Source: a virus
Virus record (IMG/VR): IMGVR_UViG_3300010352_002455
Direction: 5' to 3' (one strand)
Length of the DNA stretch: 44,282 nucleotides
The position numbers and the translations under genes were made by a program. The notes below the pieces were generated by a model. It did no database searches and was not told where the DNA came from. It saw only the letters and a list, made by a program, of their open reading frames with translations. Positions 41,345 through 44,282 of the stretch are shown here, one piece after another. Numbering within the stretch: position 1 is the first letter of the stretch; each line of letters opens with the position of its first letter.

Positions 41345-41743
41345 ATGAAAAAAATAATCTTCTTTCTTTTTATAACTTGTTTTAGTTTAAATTCTTTTTC
41401 TCAAATTGAAAATGACAGTTTAGAAAGAAGAATTGCAGACCTTGAAAAACAACTCAACCATTTTAATTCAATCAATTATGCTGCGTTAACAAAACAGAGC
41501 AAAGAATTAACCACTGCCGGCATATTGATGATCACTGGCGAAGTCGTTGGAGTTGCAGGGCTTTGTTTAGCCGGCGTTTCAATTACATCTAAATCCTCTG
41601 AAAATCTATACATCCCTGCGGCAGGGTGTATACTTGCCTCAATAATTTTCAACGTCATCGCCGGGAGCAATATCTATGCAGCCGGCAAAATCAGCAAGAG
41701 ATTAGGATTTGAATATGGAAAAATGGTCATTAAAATTGAGTAA
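41345..41743 (+). CDS. Secreted/membrane protein (signal peptide plus Gly-rich TM hairpin), paralogue A
   Basis: MKKIIFFLFITCFSLNSFSQ.., two hydrophobic segments, and a C-terminal ..GKMVIKIE shared with the next gene. Confidence 0.55.
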   Translation: MKKIIFFLFITCFSLNSFSQIENDSLERRIADLEKQLNHFNSINYAALTKQSKELTTAGILMITGEVVGVAGLCLAGVSITSKSSENLYIPAAGCILASIIFNVIAGSNIYAAGKISKRLGFEYGKMVIKIE

Positions 41744-41754
41744 AAAAATATTAT

Positions 41755-42219
41755 ATGAAAAAATGTCACCTTTTATTATCGTTTGTTTTTGTAGTAATTT
41801 CAGGTTGTTGTTATTCACAACAAAATGACACAACAATATATTTAATTAATGGGGTTTATTATACACAAAGCGAATTAGACTCCATGCAAGCAAGGTTGAT
41901 TGAATTAGAAAATATAGTAGGAGATAAAAAATATTCTATTAGGAATAATAGCTACAAGACACCATTTCAAAATGCTGCTTATGATTTATCAAATTCCGGC
42001 GATTTATTAATTGCCGGTGAAATTTTGACAGTAGGTGGAATTTGCATTACAGGCATTGGCTTTGTTACTTCTGAAAAATACTTTTATCTTGCTTCTGCCG
42101 GATGCGCCATTGCCTCATTAATTTGTTTTGTTATTTCTGGCGTGAACATTAAGAATGCAAGCAAAGAATTTCAGAAAATTAGTGTAGAAAACGGAAAAAT
42201 AGTCATAAAAATTGAGTAA
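41755..42219 (+). CDS. Secreted/membrane protein, paralogue B
   Basis: MKKCHLLLSFVFVVISGCCYSQQ.., the same TM-hairpin architecture, and a C-terminal ..NGKIVIKIE. Confidence 0.55.
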   Translation: MKKCHLLLSFVFVVISGCCYSQQNDTTIYLINGVYYTQSELDSMQARLIELENIVGDKKYSIRNNSYKTPFQNAAYDLSNSGDLLIAGEILTVGGICITGIGFVTSEKYFYLASAGCAIASLICFVISGVNIKNASKEFQKISVENGKIVIKIE

Positions 42220-42265
42220 AAAAATTAAAGAAATTCATAGGGGTATGAGCAAAGCGCTCAATCCC

Positions 42266-42287
42266 TTGCCGGAACAAATTCGGAACA
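42266..42287 (+). repeat. 22-bp direct repeat, copy 1 (ttgccggaacaaattcggaaca)
   Basis: Identical to 42437-42458. Each copy holds CGGAACA twice, separated by AATT. Confidence 0.85.
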
Positions 42288-42436
42288 AAAAATGGTTAAA
42301 AAGTGCATTTTGACAAATATAAAAAATTGAAAACAAATGAGTTATAAAATTGGTTTTGATCAGGGAGAATCCCCTATTCAGTACAAATATTTTTTATAAC
42401 GCTACGTAAATAAGCTTTTATAAAAAAACAAAAAAG

Positions 42437-42458
42437 TTGCCGGAACAAATTCGGAACA
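42437..42458 (+). repeat. 22-bp direct repeat, copy 2, ending 16 nt upstream of the integrase ATG
   Basis: Identical to 42266-42287. Confidence 0.85.
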
Positions 42459-42474
42459 CAATTTTTAGATAAAA

Positions 42475-43602
42475 ATGGATTCACAAAAAAAAATATTTGT
42501 TGATTATATACCTTGTCAGGTGTCTTTCAAAAAAAGTTGCCGTCTATATTTTTATGCGTATAACCCAGAAATCGGCAAACTTAAAAGAGTTGTAATTAAA
42601 TGCAATACAATAAAAAATCGTTCTGAAAGGATTAAATATGCAAAGTCTTATTGTGAAGTTATTAACGATAAATTGAGGAACGGATGGAATCCTTTTGTTG
42701 ACAAAATGATGACAAGGGGATATGTAACATTAGAGTATGCAATTAATAATTTTTTGAAAGAAAAAGGAAAAGACAGTCGTCCTGCTACTAATAACAGCTA
42801 TATGTCCTACTGCGGAACCTATAAAACATGGCTACAGGATATTAATATGCTAAATAGTTACTGTTTCCTTTTTACAGAAACAGAGGCAAATAGATATATG
42901 TCTTATATTAGCTCTACTCGCACAATTACTTCACGAACATGGAATAATTATATTCGTTTTTTTACAACAATGTTTAACAATTTTATTGAAAAGCAATACT
43001 TAAAAAAGAATCCATTTTCGAACATAAAGAGAAAAAAAGTTGATGAAAAGAAAAGAGAGATAATTCCTCCAGATACGAGAAAAAAAATGAAAGAATATCT
43101 TATAAATCACAATTTTAATGAGTATTATATAATAATGTTACTATGCTATAGATGTTTCATTCGTCCAAAAGAAATAGGGTGTCTTAAAATTCAGAATATT
43201 GATTTCAAAAACAATCAAATAGAAATCCCTTCCGATATTGCTAAGAATCATCACAACAGAATTGTAGGCATTCCGGATGAAATAATGGAATATCTGAAAA
43301 CATTACAGGGTTATCCGAGAGATTACTATATCTTTTCAACGCGATGGAAGCCAGGAAAGCAATTAAAGCACACAAGGGATATTGGAAAAGTTTGGAACAA
43401 AATGAGAGAAGATTTACAGCTTCCGACAAAGTATCAATTTTATAGCCTAAAAGATACCGGAATAACAGAAATGCTTGAGGCAGGTGTCCCGGCAAAATTT
43501 GTCAAAGAATTAGCAGATCATAGCAGCCTTGATATGACGGAAAAATACACGCATAAAACTGCAGCTTCCGAAATTTTAAAATATAATAAATTGGAGTTCT
43601 AA
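42475..43602 (+). CDS. int: Tyrosine recombinase / phage integrase
   Basis: 375 aa. C-terminal catalytic region ..FIRPKEIGCLK.., ..KNHHNRIVGIP.. and ..ELADHSSLDMTEKYTH (H-x-x-R-like box and catalytic Tyr). Confidence 0.85.
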   Translation: MDSQKKIFVDYIPCQVSFKKSCRLYFYAYNPEIGKLKRVVIKCNTIKNRSERIKYAKSYCEVINDKLRNGWNPFVDKMMTRGYVTLEYAINNFLKEKGKDSRPATNNSYMSYCGTYKTWLQDINMLNSYCFLFTETEANRYMSYISSTRTITSRTWNNYIRFFTTMFNNFIEKQYLKKNPFSNIKRKKVDEKKREIIPPDTRKKMKEYLINHNFNEYYIIMLLCYRCFIRPKEIGCLKIQNIDFKNNQIEIPSDIAKNHHNRIVGIPDEIMEYLKTLQGYPRDYYIFSTRWKPGKQLKHTRDIGKVWNKMREDLQLPTKYQFYSLKDTGITEMLEAGVPAKFVKELADHSSLDMTEKYTHKTAASEILKYNKLEF

Positions 43603-43603
43603 A

Positions 43604-43631
43604 ACAAAGAGAGCCTTTCAGCTCTCTTTGT
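43604..43631. terminator. Bidirectional terminator hairpin between the convergent int gene and 43643..44119
   Basis: acaaagagagc-ctttca-gctctctttgt (11-bp perfect stem). Confidence 0.6.
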
Positions 43632-43642
43632 CGTTATACCGT

Positions 43643-44119
43643 TTATTTCCAAACCCTCTCAAAACAGGAATATCCTAAGTTCTTCAAGATTTCTGTCTGC
43701 GTTTCTTCAGACAGTGTTCCGGCTTCAAACTTCATTTTATAAGCCGATGCACTTGCCTTACTAATCGGCTTTTTAGAAATTTCATACCACTTTCGACGTC
43801 TGACAACATCTCCGAATTTCTCCGAAGTTGACAACCATTTTTTCCCGATAATTTTGTCAAAAACATAGTCAGCGAACGGATCGCTAACGATCGGGTATAT
43901 GGTTGCATACTCTCCTTCTGAATCAACAAATGCTTTGTCTCTTATGTCAGCAGAGCGGAATAGTATCTGCTGAATAAAGTCAAGAAGATTTTGTCTCTCT
44001 TTGTCTTTACGTGTTAGTTTTTTATCTTCTATCCCATCTCCAAACTCGGCAGCTTGGAGATAGTCGAGTTTTTGACCTATAAGGTTGTAAACTTCTATTA
44101 AAAATGTGTCTGTTTTCAT
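43643..44119 (-). CDS. Hypothetical protein
   Basis: 158-aa ORF. Confidence 0.5.
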   Translation of the reverse strand: MKTDTFLIEVYNLIGQKLDYLQAAEFGDGIEDKKLTRKDKERQNLLDFIQQILFRSADIRDKAFVDSEGEYATIYPIVSDPFADYVFDKIIGKKWLSTSEKFGDVVRRRKWYEISKKPISKASASAYKMKFEAGTLSEETQTEILKNLGYSCFERVWK

Positions 44120-44165
44120 AATTTTCCGGGAGACGTTGCCCGGTTCGTTTTATTGTTTGTTTAAT

Positions 44166-44282
44166 TTATTTTCTTTTAACTGTACAATACCACGGGTTTG
44201 TTGCCCACCTGTCAAAAGAAAAAATAAAATTCTCTGTTTCTTCTGATGTATTAAATCCATCCATGTAGGGTGTTGTTTCGGG
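44166..44282 (-). CDS. 3' end of the junction-spanning CDS (same gene as 1..576; 44214-44282 duplicates 1-69)
   Basis: In-frame continuation ..DRWATNPWYCTVKRK with stop TAA at 44166-44168. Confidence 0.7.
   Translation of the reverse strand, partial: PETTPYMDGFNTSEETENFIFSFDRWATNPWYCTVKRK
44214..44282. repeat. Terminal overlap, copy 2 (identical to 1-69)
   Basis: Same 69-nt string as at the window start. It lies inside a CDS, so it is most simply a circular-contig overlap. Confidence 0.95.

Larger units (their letters stand above)
1..44282. mobile_element. Complete circular or circularly permuted temperate tailed-phage genome (unit 44,213 bp plus 69-bp assembly overlap)
   Basis: Positions 1-69 are identical to 44214-44282. 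The window holds a full set of phage modules: terminase, portal-like, protease/scaffold, capsid, tape measure, lysis, replication, repressor and integrase. Confidence 0.85.

Noticed and set aside
1-44282. Stop-codon reassignment (TAG or TGA recoding), as seen in some gut Bacteroidota phages
   Set aside because: Long late genes (tape measure 1374 aa, primase-helicase 927 aa, the 837-aa tail protein, TerL, the capsid protein) are intact in the standard code. The remaining gaps contain all three stop codons.

Overview
The window is a complete, circularly closed genome of a temperate tailed phage. Positions 1-69 are identical to 44214-44282, so the unit length is 44,213 bp, and one minus-strand CDS runs across the junction. 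The genome is AT-rich. Start codons lack Shine-Dalgarno sequences, TAnnTTTG-type -7 boxes occur, secreted proteins carry Bacteroidota-style signal peptides, and FN3-like display domains are present. Together these suggest a Bacteroidota host (inference).

Nearly all genes are on the minus strand:
- Tail, baseplate and fibre region (0.8-8.7 kb), including LamG-like proteins.
- Tape measure protein (8.7-12.9 kb).
- Lysis cassette: GH108 endolysin, holin and a small TM protein (14.7-15.9 kb).
- Portal-like gene, and large terminase (21.0-22.7 kb).
- Major capsid protein and ClpP-like prohead protease/scaffold (26.0-28.8 kb).
- Iteron-rich intergenic region (about 30.0-30.3 kb).
- Toprim/SF3 primase-helicase (30.4-33.2 kb).
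- Early/accessory region (33.2-40.8 kb).

The plus strand carries the lysogeny module (CI-like repressor, two paralogous membrane proteins, tyrosine integrase; 40.9-43.6 kb). It also carries a small RadC/ArdC-like island (19.6-20.9 kb) wedged between terminase and portal.

The most notable system is a diversity-generating retroelement (DGR) at 33.9-35.9 kb. It has an RT with the IGNYLSQ and YADD motifs, one template repeat, and two variable repeats in tandem paralogous small genes. Every TR/VR mismatch falls on a coding-strand adenine. The DGR is unusual in three ways: no Avd gene is recognisable, its targets are small leaderless proteins outside the virion module, and it sits in the replication/early operon.

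Immediately upstream on the minus strand lie three further accessory features:
- A DUF2829 (Tad2-like) candidate anti-Thoeris protein.
- A hairpin-dense non-coding block of about 440 nt, GC-richer than its surroundings (candidate structured RNA or leader).
- A tRNA-like acceptor/T-arm minihelix.

Every call rests on reading the sequence and recognising motifs by eye. No database search was run.
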